NCBI GenBank assembly: GCA_965249485.1
Contig: OZ252239.1
Coordinates: forward strand, 3,709,598 to 3,773,597
Direction: 5' to 3'
Source of the DNA: a bacterium
GTDB taxonomy: Bacteria; SM23-31
DNA: 64,000 bases
The position numbers and the translations under genes are program-made. Positions 27,561 through 38,259 of the stretch are shown here, in pieces (positions within the stretch are counted from its first letter, which is position 1; each line of letters opens with the position of its first letter). The notes below the pieces were generated by a model, which was not told where the DNA came from, made no database searches, and was given only the letters and a program-made list of their open reading frames with translations.

Positions 27561-29276
27561 TTATTCAAGCATCTCCCTGCGAGCAAGATAGGAAGGAACA
27601 CCGCCAAGCAGGAGCAGCTTGGTATGAAATTGTTTTATGTCGTATTGGTCAGCGGTCATTGCCATATAGTCATCCCTGAGCTTCATTACCTCAAGTTTGC
27701 CGATATAGTAAGCAGCATCGTGTACCGGTGATGTTGTGACCTGCCTGGTTTCCACATGTGCCTGACCGACGGTAAGTCCGATACTCATAAAAAATTTGTG
27801 CGCTTCATCGTACGACATTCCTCGTGCATGCATTTTGGGATCGATGAGAATCCGCGCAATCCGCCACATCCGGTGTCCGAGATGTGAGAGATACATCCGT
27901 TTATCACCTTGAAAATAACCGAGGTCGGACATGACTTCTTCGCCATAGACACCCCATCCTTCGGAGAAGGCCGCACGGATCGAGGTATAAGGAGCATTAC
28001 CGGCGAGGAGGCGTGCCGGCCTCATGTTTTTCTTCTGCATAAAATCTTCAAAAAAGTGACCGGGATAAACCTCATGGGGAATATGCTGTGCTGTATACCA
28101 GCTCCGGTTCCAGTCACGCATGAAGATGCTTTTTCGTTCCATCGTTTCGTAATGGTCGATATAGGGAATTGCAAAGTAGCCGATATACGTATTCCCGTGT
28201 GTGAATGTAATAGGCCCGATTCCCGACTGACCCTGTGCGATGGTGTTGTAGTGTGCCTCTTTTGCATACCTGTATTCGGGCTCAAGGCCTGGAGGAACAT
28301 CCACAAGCTGCTCAAGAACGATTTTTTTCGCCCTGTCTTTTTCATTTTTTAAATTGTCGAACAAATCCCAGGGTGCAACATGATCAAGCCAGTTCTCTCG
28401 TAAAAGCTGGTCCCACGTTTTTGTGGGATCGATCTCCCGCGCTGTTTCTTCGAGGAGTCTGATATTATTTTCAACTTCCCGCTCACCGATTGCAATCAAC
28501 TCGTCGACAGTATAGTCCATGAAATAGTTTTTAAGTAACTTGTTAAACACTTCCTCACCGACAACATAGCTTCCCCGTGAGCGCGGTCTGAGGTCTGTCG
28601 CGAGGAACTGCCGGTAATCTTCCAGTGCTTCACGGTATCGTGCAGCAGCCGCTGTCATTCTTGCTTTCTGGTCTTCATTCGGTGCCCGTTCAATTATGCC
28701 GGGAAGTGAGGTGTTGAGATAAAGCAGCACATAATCACAATCCTGTATCGAATTTTCTGTCCATATCAGCGGAGGATTATTGAGATTTTCTTTGCCTCGT
28801 TCAAACCTGTCTAAATCGTTTTCTAGACCCGCAATCATCTCTTCGAACCGCTCTTCCCAGGGTCGTTCCAGGTCAAGTGACGGCACGAAAAATGCATTAA
28901 ACGGGATATACATTGAGGGAGATTTTTCCCAACGCCGAAGGTCTTCGATCATGAGGATGCTGTTGTCAAGCTGTGCGTGAAAGTAGTCATAATCGATCTG
29001 CCCTGACACATCGAGCCCATCATAGTCGATTGCCGATTCCAGCTCCTGCAAAAACGTTCTTGACCGCTGCGCCCATGCTTGATACGATGCACGAGTCATA
29101 CCCGACAAGACTGCGCTCTCTTCATCGGATGGCTGATAATAGCTGGTGACCAGATCAGCGAGTTGTGGATCTCCTTCACTGGTAAAATCATAACCGATAT
29201 CGACAGATTGCTGAGAACAACCAATTACAACACTCACTAAAAACATCAATACCTTGATCGTTGATTTCAATCTCAT
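27561..29276 (-). CDS. DUF885 family lipoprotein (putative zinc metallopeptidase)
   Basis: Lipobox VIG-C, HEVYPGH, FSEGWGVYGE, YYIGKLE. Confidence 0.85.
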   Translation of the reverse strand: MRLKSTIKVLMFLVSVVIGCSQQSVDIGYDFTSEGDPQLADLVTSYYQPSDEESAVLSGMTRASYQAWAQRSRTFLQELESAIDYDGLDVSGQIDYDYFHAQLDNSILMIEDLRRWEKSPSMYIPFNAFFVPSLDLERPWEERFEEMIAGLENDLDRFERGKENLNNPPLIWTENSIQDCDYVLLYLNTSLPGIIERAPNEDQKARMTAAAARYREALEDYRQFLATDLRPRSRGSYVVGEEVFNKLLKNYFMDYTVDELIAIGEREVENNIRLLEETAREIDPTKTWDQLLRENWLDHVAPWDLFDNLKNEKDRAKKIVLEQLVDVPPGLEPEYRYAKEAHYNTIAQGQSGIGPITFTHGNTYIGYFAIPYIDHYETMERKSIFMRDWNRSWYTAQHIPHEVYPGHFFEDFMQKKNMRPARLLAGNAPYTSIRAAFSEGWGVYGEEVMSDLGYFQGDKRMYLSHLGHRMWRIARILIDPKMHARGMSYDEAHKFFMSIGLTVGQAHVETRQVTTSPVHDAAYYIGKLEVMKLRDDYMAMTADQYDIKQFHTKLLLLGGVPSYLARREMLE

Positions 29277-29395
29277 TATTCACCTCTCCATTACCGTAAA
29301 AAATAGTTTTTGTTGTTACTCATTCGAGTGCCGGTTGTTTTCATTGAAGTATCAAGTCAGAATATCATTAAATAATTAAAAATCTTCGTTGTTGC

Positions 29396-30527
29396 TTATT
29401 CATAAGGATGCCAGTCATCTTCATAAAAATAGCGTGTTAAAATATTATAGACAACCGGGTCATATTGTTTTAACTCTTCTCTGTTTTTTGCTTTCGAATC
29501 TCCGGTCGGCACTGTCCCATAATAAAAAGAGTTCTGCAGAAATAGCGAGATATTCTCCGTTTATTCTTCGTATGTGCTGTTCTGTCAGGTACGATTCCAA
29601 TTCTGATCGCCGTGAGGGATCGGTCAATGGGACCCGGTCGGTACCTGATATGCTCTCATCGTAGAACGCCTCTGAGTCGAACGCGCCGGTCCTCACTGCA
29701 TTGATATACGCGCTTTCAATCTCTTTTTGGATATTTGCGCCATCCTCAACAAATGGCATTCCCATTCGCTGCATCGAGTGGAGAAACTCTTCAACGATGA
29801 GATATCTACCCATGAATCTGCTGTGGTAGAACCGCGGCTGCACTTTACCATTTTCAGTTAGAAAATAGATACCTTCCTCTTCTATAAGGGTAGATGGAAA
29901 CGAAGGTCTGGAGCCGCCACCTTCTGTACCGAACCTGAATTCGGGATGGTTCCAGCTCTCTTCCAGAACCGCTCTAACCACAATTCTTTCCTTGTTGTCA
30001 ACCATGGCATCTCGCACATCGGGACGTTTACTCAACATTTTCAGAATGGTGCTTCGAATCTTGAGCATTGCCCTATCGTCCACTTTGTGAGATGCTATAA
30101 TTGGGATTCCCTTAGTATAGTCTTCATCATAGGCATTGAGATATTTCTTGTAGAACGGATGGACTCCTTCTGGTGGGGAAACAACATTCGGTCCAGAATC
30201 CAAGAGAGATACTGGCGGCATCGGATTGCGGAAAAGTTCATCGTCGAACCACCGACTCCATTCCTGCAAGTCATTAACTACCTCATCCACTTTTTCCTGT
30301 GAAATCAGTCCCGCTTCAGCCATTTCTATCGATTCATTGACAAATTCCTGAAAGGAATTGTGGCTGTAAGCTCTCCCTGAGGAAAAATTGTTGATGCTTT
30401 CCTGGGCACTTCGTGCCGCATCGAGAAGTGCCGAATAGTCGGCATCTCCACCGCATGCAACAAAGAGAAGAAACGAGCTGTATATCACGCTTCTTTTCAA
30501 GATCAAAAAGACGGTAAAATTATTCAT
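29396..30527 (-). CDS. Zincin-like lipoprotein with EExxH motif; C-terminus shifted by one extra base in A5 (29524-28)
   Basis: Lipobox FVA-C, GIPIIAS, LIVEEFLHSMQ, GEYLA. Deleting one A gives ...REELKQYDPVVYNILTRYFYEDDWHPYE*, matching the end of the 52316-53398 paralog. Confidence 0.75.
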
Positions 30528-30583
30528 ATTTTTCCCCGAAAATTGTTTTATTATACTAGTTACCCTGCTGGTATTTCAATAGC

Positions 30584-32374
30584 TTAGTCATTACCCCGTT
30601 CAATTGTAATAGTTTTTTCATCTCTGCCAGCTTTAACTCCCCACGCTTTCACAGTAACATCAACCGACCCGGAACCCTCGGCCTTTATCGTCCACTCAAC
30701 ATCCTGAAACGATTGATCATCACCTTGAACCCAGGCGCGCAGATATGAGTGTTTTCCTTTAATGTGGCCGATACCTTGAAGCGGTGAACCATCAATAACA
30801 TGGCCGCCGGCAACTTCTACAAGAGCTACAACAGGATAATCACGGCGTATTTCCAGAGCCTTTTGCGTAACATAGGTCCCAAGCCAGCCGGTGTTCCGGA
30901 TTCTGGCAGACACTTGATACTTAGAGCCGCCTTCCGGCTGCACATTGATATCTTCGACCTGAAGCAGAGGAGACTGATCGGCAATATAGAGCAGCAGATC
31001 ATATTGAATCTCTGAATGGTGCTTCAAAAGTGGTCCAATACCGTAGGGAGCACTTCTCCAACCGCCGATCGAACCACCGATTTCGACCTGACCCAGATCG
31101 GGATGGTTATACGGTTCCCACGGCAGTGTGTATTTTCCGCCAAGCTCTTCCTGATGGTACCGTTCGTGCTCATCACGACGCACCCAGCCGTCACCGTTAT
31201 AATCTGGTGCCGAACCGTTGATTTCCGGTGTCAGGCTGTGCATCCCTTGCGTCATAAAGGCCCAATCATCTGCAAATCCGTCATATGTCTCACTATACCC
31301 GAGAACTTCCGGTTCACCTTCCAATTTTGTGCTTATAATTTCACGAGTATAGGGATGCCTTGTCGGTTCTTTCGGCGGAGTATCGTCAACAATTCTGCTT
31401 GTATTAAACAGATAACTGTACATATTGTTTTCCATAATACCGCCGCCGCTCAATGACGACCAGACAGCACCGACACGGGTGTACCAGTCGTTATCCTCAG
31501 CATGCATGTATTCATACGGCTGATCCATGGGCGGTCGGACAATATAGCTGCGTGATCCTGATCCGGAATGGATTGAATAAGTGAAATAAATATTTGGTCG
31601 GTCGGTAATAAATTTCATAACTGCGTAAATTTCAGGTATTGAGCCGGGGAATAGACCTGCGCCCGGTTCTGCAGGAGACCATTCACCAGACCAATTGCGA
31701 TTGAAATCACCTTCTTCACGAAATCCGGTTATCGGATCTCGTACTCGTCCTTCAAATCTGCCTTCACCTCTCTCTTCCCCCGGTACCGTACCTTCGGTGA
31801 TTACGGTGTATTCATCACTTCCCCGTTCCTTCCACCTCATTCGCGAGATCCATCCGTCACCGTTTAAATCGGCTCCATTTTGTTCTTCAGGATCGTAACC
31901 GGGATAATTTGGGTGGCGCGACAAGCTTCTATCACCTTTGTCGGCATCAAATACCGGCATTACATAGAAGGTGTGAGTATCGAGTATCCGTGTTGTTTTA
32001 TCATCTTTTCCGTAGCTCATGAGCGCACGTTTGGCAAAATATGCCAAATATTGCCGTCCGCTAATTTCACCGGCATGGATATTCCCGTCGAACCACAATC
32101 CGGGTTTCGATTCTCCCGGACCCGTATCAAAATTGGTTATTTCAAGAACAAAAAGTACTCTGCCTTTCTGACTCTCTCCGATCACATGGAGTTTGGCAAG
32201 ATTCGGATATTTTTTAGCAAGATCGCCGAACCGCGTTCCAACTTCCTCATTTAATGGATAAGGCCATTCATCGTAATCGTAGTCAAATCCTCTGATGGGT
32301 TCCGTACGTCTCTGGCCAAATGCATTAATTGCGAACATATTGATAATGATCAGTATTGCTACTAAGAATCGCAT
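30584..32374 (-). CDS. Secreted M14 zinc carboxypeptidase
   Basis: GNIHAGE, DFNRNW, SIHSG, LTPE. Signal peptide AFG-Q. Confidence 0.85.
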   Translation of the reverse strand: MRFLVAILIIINMFAINAFGQRRTEPIRGFDYDYDEWPYPLNEEVGTRFGDLAKKYPNLAKLHVIGESQKGRVLFVLEITNFDTGPGESKPGLWFDGNIHAGEISGRQYLAYFAKRALMSYGKDDKTTRILDTHTFYVMPVFDADKGDRSLSRHPNYPGYDPEEQNGADLNGDGWISRMRWKERGSDEYTVITEGTVPGEERGEGRFEGRVRDPITGFREEGDFNRNWSGEWSPAEPGAGLFPGSIPEIYAVMKFITDRPNIYFTYSIHSGSGSRSYIVRPPMDQPYEYMHAEDNDWYTRVGAVWSSLSGGGIMENNMYSYLFNTSRIVDDTPPKEPTRHPYTREIISTKLEGEPEVLGYSETYDGFADDWAFMTQGMHSLTPEINGSAPDYNGDGWVRRDEHERYHQEELGGKYTLPWEPYNHPDLGQVEIGGSIGGWRSAPYGIGPLLKHHSEIQYDLLLYIADQSPLLQVEDINVQPEGGSKYQVSARIRNTGWLGTYVTQKALEIRRDYPVVALVEVAGGHVIDGSPLQGIGHIKGKHSYLRAWVQGDDQSFQDVEWTIKAEGSGSVDVTVKAWGVKAGRDEKTITIERGND

Positions 32375-32501
32375 AATACTTCCTCCTCTAAAATAAGGGT
32401 TCCCCCGTACACACCGATTGATGTGCAGTATGAAGAGAATTGCAGTAAGACAAAATGTGTCTCAATTAGTTCAATCATGTTAGAAATCCTGTTAAATCTT
32501 A

Positions 32502-34247
32502 TTAACGGTTAACCTGGTTTACCGTTATTGTTTTTTGATCGACTCCACCACGTGGGGCACGGACCTCAACGGTGGCTGTTAGAGGACCCGGACCAGTAGA
32601 ACGGACGATCCATTCAACAGTTTTCGGCATCTCATCTCGGCCTCTGTCAAAATCACTGATAAAATAGAATTTGCCGTAGAGATGTCCGACACGTTTGACC
32701 GGTTTTTCATCAACAAGTTCTCCGCCATCGAGCGTGATCTCCGCAACCGCAGGATAATCTCGTCTTATTTCAATCGCTTTGCGCGTGGTGTAGGTCGAAA
32801 GCCAACCGGTATTGGACATTGTCGCTGTTACCTTGTACCGATCACTCGATAACTGCTCTGTCGAAACATCTTTCACCACCACATGAGCAGCAAGATTTGC
32901 AAGATACAGGACATAATCGTACTGGTCTTCACAATCTAACCTCAGCCGCTCACCATAAGCAGGAGGGATTCTCAATCGTCCGCCAATTTCAATTTCACCG
33001 AGAACGGGATGGTCATATGCTTCCCATGGCAGATTCCATCTGCCTCCCTCTTCTTCCTGATGCCACCTCTCCTGTTCACTGCGTATCATATAGCCATCAT
33101 TGTCATAATCGAGTCCTATTCCCGAAACTTCAGGAGAAAGATGGTGGATTCCACCTTGAAGGTAGGCCCAATCGGTAGCATAACCCGTAGCTGTCTTTAC
33201 GTATCCACGGGGCTTTCCGGTTTCATCGGGGCGACTTGCGCTATACATCCAGCTATACATATTGTTTTCGGTAATATTTCCGCCGCTTAAGGTAGCATAG
33301 ACAGCGCCGATTCTGACATAAAAATCGTTATCTTCATGGTGCATATCTGTATAGGGATAATCCATAATAGGGCGGACCAAATAACTCCGGCCCTCGCTGT
33401 ACCCTCCGCCTGAATGAATACTGTACTGCATATAGATATTCCTATTATTCATTATGAAATATGCGACATTGCGTACTTCTGGCAGAGAGAACGGAAAAAG
33501 TCCTGCACCCGATTGTTCAGGTGTCCAAAGTCCTGACCAGTTTCTGTTGAAGTCTGGCTGTTCACGTTCACCGGTTATCGGATCTTTGCTTCGTCTACCT
33601 CCTTCTCTCTGACGGGCTCCGGGAATAAAATTTGGTGCCTCGAGATCTATACCTTCAGTTACAATCCGGTAATCATTATCGCCCGAATTTTCTCTCCAGC
33701 GCATTTGTGAAATCCAGCCGTCTCCATTCAGGTCTTTACCGAGATGCTCCTCTGGATTATGCCCCCGCCATTTAGGGTGTGCCGACAGCATCCGGTCACC
33801 TGCATCAGCATCAAATGCACACATGACATAGAATGTTCTGTTATCAACCTGCTCTGTAGTAAAGGAATCTTTACCGTAACTGGCAAGGATTCGCTCAATA
33901 AAATAGAGATTATACTGACGTCCCGTAATTTCAGTACCATGGATATTACCGTCCATCCAGAATCCAGGCTTCGATTCACCCGGTCCGGTTTCGAAATTGG
34001 TAATCTCCATGACCCACATATCCTTACCTTTTCGGGTTTTTCCAATGCTGTGCCGTTTTGCGAGATTAGGATAATCCCGCTCTAATTCCAGCATACGCTC
34101 ACCGAGTTCATCATTAAGCGGATACGGCCAGCGCTCAAAATCGAAACTGAAATAGGACGGTGCTTCCGTTTCCTCCCAGCCATGCTGTGCAGACGCATCC
34201 ACAAGTGTCAGTTGAAAAAATAAGGTGAAAATAAATACAAAACGCAT
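32502..34247 (-). CDS. Secreted M14 zinc carboxypeptidase (tandem paralog)
   Basis: GNIHGTE, DFNRNW, SIHSG, LSPE. ATG 34247 after GAGGAGG. Confidence 0.85.
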   Translation of the reverse strand: MRFVFIFTLFFQLTLVDASAQHGWEETEAPSYFSFDFERWPYPLNDELGERMLELERDYPNLAKRHSIGKTRKGKDMWVMEITNFETGPGESKPGFWMDGNIHGTEITGRQYNLYFIERILASYGKDSFTTEQVDNRTFYVMCAFDADAGDRMLSAHPKWRGHNPEEHLGKDLNGDGWISQMRWRENSGDNDYRIVTEGIDLEAPNFIPGARQREGGRRSKDPITGEREQPDFNRNWSGLWTPEQSGAGLFPFSLPEVRNVAYFIMNNRNIYMQYSIHSGGGYSEGRSYLVRPIMDYPYTDMHHEDNDFYVRIGAVYATLSGGNITENNMYSWMYSASRPDETGKPRGYVKTATGYATDWAYLQGGIHHLSPEVSGIGLDYDNDGYMIRSEQERWHQEEEGGRWNLPWEAYDHPVLGEIEIGGRLRIPPAYGERLRLDCEDQYDYVLYLANLAAHVVVKDVSTEQLSSDRYKVTATMSNTGWLSTYTTRKAIEIRRDYPAVAEITLDGGELVDEKPVKRVGHLYGKFYFISDFDRGRDEMPKTVEWIVRSTGPGPLTATVEVRAPRGGVDQKTITVNQVNR

Positions 34248-34333
34248 TTGAATCCTCCTCAAAAAATCACTCCGTCTTCATTTACAGATAATGTAATTTT
34301 CAGCTAATGAATACAACCATATAAATCTTACAG

Positions 34334-35329
34334 TTAGATTCGTGCAATATAATCAATTGCAATCCTGAAACCCATGTGATCGTCACTGCTGTCGGGCTCG
34401 TTCCCTGTCCGCTCTGCCGATCTGAGGTTATGGCCTCTTTCGGGTGACTCATAACCCGACCAGTTATCATAACTGCCTCCCCGGTTTACACGGTCACCGC
34501 CAGCTTTGGGTCCTAAAGGATTTTTGTCCGGAGAAACGGAGTAATAATCAGGATCGTAATAATTGTAACACCACTCCCATACATTGCCTGCCATATCCAT
34601 AATTCCAAAGGGAGATGCGCCACTCGGGAAATTGCCGACAGGTGATGTTTCGGCAAATCCGTCATTCAAGTCATAATGCACTCGCCGATCTATTCCGTAT
34701 TTTTCACCAAACATCATATCAGCAAAATTTGCATAGTCTGCAGAAACGTCGTCATTACCCCATGGGAATGTTCTTCCATCCGTACCACGAGCGCTTTTTT
34801 CCCACTGTGTCTCAGTAGGGAGCGCAAAATCGATACCTATCTTTTCCGATAGCCATTCACAGTATTTTTGTGCATCATACCAACTAACGCTAATAACAGG
34901 GTGATCGTCACCTTGTTTAAATATATTGTTATTCCAATTACCCTCAGGGTTCGGCCCGCGAACATCATCTGCTGTCAGATAAGAACCTTTCCCCTGTTCG
35001 GCATCGGTCACATATCCTGTCTCATTGATAAACCGTTTGAATTGTGCATAGGTGACCGTATATTTTCCTATCCAATAACCGTCGAGATAGACCGATCGTA
35101 CTGGCAATTCATCTCCTTCCCCATTATCCGAACCCATAATGAACTCACCTGCAGGAATATAGACCAAAATATGGCCGTCACCGAAATTTGCTTCCCAGTA
35201 TCCGCTAGTATTGACGGATAGCGCAGCCGCTTTCGATTGGATGTCATTAACATGGCTCGGCATATCTATATTCATTTGACAGCCTGAGAACCATACCATA
35301 ATACAAAGTGTGATAAGTATTCGTACCAC
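34334..35329 (-). CDS. Formylglycine-generating-enzyme-like (SUMF1/EgtB/PvdO) domain lipoprotein
   Basis: FIMGS, HPVISVSWYDA, LPTETQWEKSARG, DMAGNVWEWC, RGGS, GFR. Lipobox FSG-C. Start codon uncertain. Confidence 0.85.
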   Translation of the reverse strand: MVRILITLCIMVWFSGCQMNIDMPSHVNDIQSKAAALSVNTSGYWEANFGDGHILVYIPAGEFIMGSDNGEGDELPVRSVYLDGYWIGKYTVTYAQFKRFINETGYVTDAEQGKGSYLTADDVRGPNPEGNWNNNIFKQGDDHPVISVSWYDAQKYCEWLSEKIGIDFALPTETQWEKSARGTDGRTFPWGNDDVSADYANFADMMFGEKYGIDRRVHYDLNDGFAETSPVGNFPSGASPFGIMDMAGNVWEWCYNYYDPDYYSVSPDKNPLGPKAGGDRVNRGGSYDNWSGYESPERGHNLRSAERTGNEPDSSDDHMGFRIAIDYIARI

Positions 35330-35356
35330 TGCTATGACAAACTCACACTATAAAAA

Positions 35357-36682
35357 TTAATGAATGATAAACCATTGAGTCTGGTGACCATCGAGAAAGT
35401 AAGCACCCTTATCCTCGGTAAATGCAACCTCCTCTTCGAGAGAGATTTCAACCTCCATACCATCCCATTCCGGTATGGCGGTAACCGTTTCAAGTTCAAT
35501 CGACCAAACTGTGTTATAATGGAGTGGATAATCTGCTTTGGGCAGCGGATTATGCTGAGCATAGTCGCTGTCAGCCCCCATAATAGTACCGCCGCTGTGT
35601 TGATGATATCCGATAGGATGCGTATAGACCATCGGTTTAAGTCCTTCGCGCCGGGCACGATCTAGTGTTCTGAAGGTAATATCATTACCCGAACGGCCTT
35701 CAATAAACTCACTCATAAAGATATCTTGAAGTCGGTTTGAATTTCTGAGTGCCTGCTTGAATCCCTGCGGAACATCCGCTTCGCCTTCTCTGAGAACATA
35801 GGCGTGCTGCTGATTGTCTGTGTTGAGACCGAGATATTCGCTGCCGATATCGCTGTGGATAATATCCCCTCTCTGAATCACTACATCGCCGGACATTTTT
35901 GAGCTTGCCTCATACTCCAGCGGGACAGACGGACTTCCATACCGTTTTCTGTCTGAGGGGCTTCTCTGTACTTCAATGGAAAATCCATAGCCTTTAATAC
36001 CTATATCGTTAAACCGTTGGGCGATAAACCATCGGATATCTTCTGTCGTTGTGACGCCGGGAATGATCACTTTGTTTGAGAATGCCTCCGAAATCACATC
36101 ATGCGTAACACCGGCGACATGTCGGTACACACTCAATTCCCGATCGGTTTTCGTTTCAAGCCATTCGTTGCTGAGATTTTCGGCCGACACAATCCTGTCT
36201 GCATCATTACCGAGAGCACTGACAAGCTGATCATAGAGCGCTTTTGTCAATCCATCGCCGGTATTCCACATATCCGACGTATTGATCCCTATTGTTTTCG
36301 GATTGAGTTCATTCACAAGCTCTTTCACCTGCCCGATACCGCCGCTATATCGGCGGACACCATCACTGGTTCCGGTATTATATAAAATCATAGATCTGCC
36401 GAGAAACATTCTGTCTCCGAACGTCACAGCAACCGGGTCTTTATTATTTTCCCGGGATAGAATAAGCCACATGTCGATTCCGTGTTTGTTCATCAGCCCG
36501 GGCAGGAGATTTTCAACTCTCCATTCAATCACCTCATTCATGTACTGTTCCCGTTCACGCAGTGGGAGAATATTGCTGATATCGTCAACATCCCTAAATC
36601 CGACATCCTGTGCAGGTACACTCATTGCAGTTGTCGTAATCAACAATCCGGATATAACAAAAAATTGCATTACTCGTTTCAT
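35357..36682 (-). CDS. Secreted M24 family (pita-bread fold) aminopeptidase
   Basis: Ligand set HSDIG, TDNQQ, THPIGYH, SIE, LEEE. Signal peptide. Confidence 0.8.
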   Translation of the reverse strand: MKRVMQFFVISGLLITTTAMSVPAQDVGFRDVDDISNILPLREREQYMNEVIEWRVENLLPGLMNKHGIDMWLILSRENNKDPVAVTFGDRMFLGRSMILYNTGTSDGVRRYSGGIGQVKELVNELNPKTIGINTSDMWNTGDGLTKALYDQLVSALGNDADRIVSAENLSNEWLETKTDRELSVYRHVAGVTHDVISEAFSNKVIIPGVTTTEDIRWFIAQRFNDIGIKGYGFSIEVQRSPSDRKRYGSPSVPLEYEASSKMSGDVVIQRGDIIHSDIGSEYLGLNTDNQQHAYVLREGEADVPQGFKQALRNSNRLQDIFMSEFIEGRSGNDITFRTLDRARREGLKPMVYTHPIGYHQHSGGTIMGADSDYAQHNPLPKADYPLHYNTVWSIELETVTAIPEWDGMEVEISLEEEVAFTEDKGAYFLDGHQTQWFIIH

Positions 36683-36773
36683 GTAATTATCTCCTGTCTC
36701 ATTACTATTATGAGTAATAATTTCCCGGTACTATGCTTAGACACCAGCAGCACTATGCCGTATCAAATTCAAT

Positions 36774-38127
36774 TTATTTTATCAGATACCATTCTGTCTG
36801 GCGGCCATTGACATACTGAAAACCGTCATCAGTAAAAGCAACAACCTCACCAAGTCCAAGTTCGATTGTCTGATTTCCCCATTCGGGAATGGTCACCATC
36901 GTATAGGGTTCCATGGCATAGACAGTATTGGGATAGAGTGTATGGCGGCCATTCCAGTTTTCACCCCTGCCTCCATCCGATATTGATTGACATACCCGCT
37001 CCGGACAGTGTTCGTGCAAGAAACGGAAATCCGTGGTAGAGAGGCATGTTATAATAGAGCACCGGGTGCATGATCACACGGGTGTCAATACCTTCTTTTT
37101 CCGCATTTGACTGTGCGGCACTATACATCTCATCACCCGTTTTTCCTGTTGCAATCTCAGCAATCATAATATCGTGGACGCGGTTGCACAGTTTTATCGC
37201 CTGTTTGAGGCCTTCAGGTGCGTCTGATTCACCTTCTTTCAGAACGTAGCCTGCCTGATGCACATCGGCCCCAAACCCAAGATAGAGCGGCTCAATATCG
37301 AATCGAATTATGTCACCACGCCGTATAATTATTTCCAGGCCGTCTTCCTGCATTTCGGAACCGAAATGTTCTGCAGGATCATCATAATTTGGTATTTCAA
37401 GCTGACTTCTATAGTGGGTAATACTTGGCGGATTGTTGAGACTTATGCTGTGGTCAAGAAGCGTTTGAATGAGCCACCATTTCACATCTTCAGATGTTGT
37501 CATATCGGGAGTAATCACTCTGTTTGAAAGAGCCTGTCCAATCACATCATGTGTTACACCGACAGAATGGCGATACGCACTGAGTTGTTCATTAAGTTGT
37601 GATTCAACCCAGCGGACACCAAGGTAATAGGATGATACCAGTCTTGAACTATATTTATTGCCGAGTGCAGCTCGATATTCTTCAACATCTTCGGTAAGTA
37701 TGCCGATTTGTTTTGGATCTCGCTCGGATACTAACTCATTGAGATGTATCAAGTCCCGCACTTCACTAAATTCAACTTCTTCTGATCCACTTTTTTTGTA
37801 ATAAAGGATAATTGAGGGAACCGTTACCGGTGTTTGTTCAGTCACAGGCACACCGATGTCATTCAACGGCAAGAGAGAGTAGAACAATTGGCCCTCGGAG
37901 CGGCGGACTATCCACATTTCTATATTTTGCTCATTCATTACTGCAGGCAGGATAGTAGCAATCTTTTTCTGACGCCATTGCGACATGAGCTCAACGCGCT
38001 TACGGAGCGGCATAACAGAATCTATATCTCTGACCGATTGAATTCCGATATGTTGTGCTGTGGATTGTTGTGTGTAAAAAACAACTATACAACAAAGAAA
38101 CAGGATGATTTTTATGGCTGCCTTCAT
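36774..38127 (-). pseudogene. M24 aminopeptidase paralog split by a +1 frameshift near 36980 (pseudogene or sequence error)
   Basis: ORF to 36961 has RFD, ADV and MHP ligands. The adjacent frame supplies ...LYPNTVYAMEP...GEVVAF...GRQTEWYLIK, colinear with the 35357-36682 C-terminus. ATG 38127 after GGAG. Confidence 0.78.
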
Positions 38128-38259
38128 TCGACATCTCCAAAACAACGTTAACATCTTAGATCAGCAATTTTAATCATCGTTCAAATGAATTAATTATTAT
38201 CAATTGAAAACTAATTGTATCAAGTAAAACTCCCTTTCATACCCACTTACCATGCTTTT

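Noticed and set aside
29520-29532. Programmed -1 ribosomal frameshift at CUC UUU UUA
   Set aside because: The frame correction required is +1, and there is no downstream stimulatory structure.
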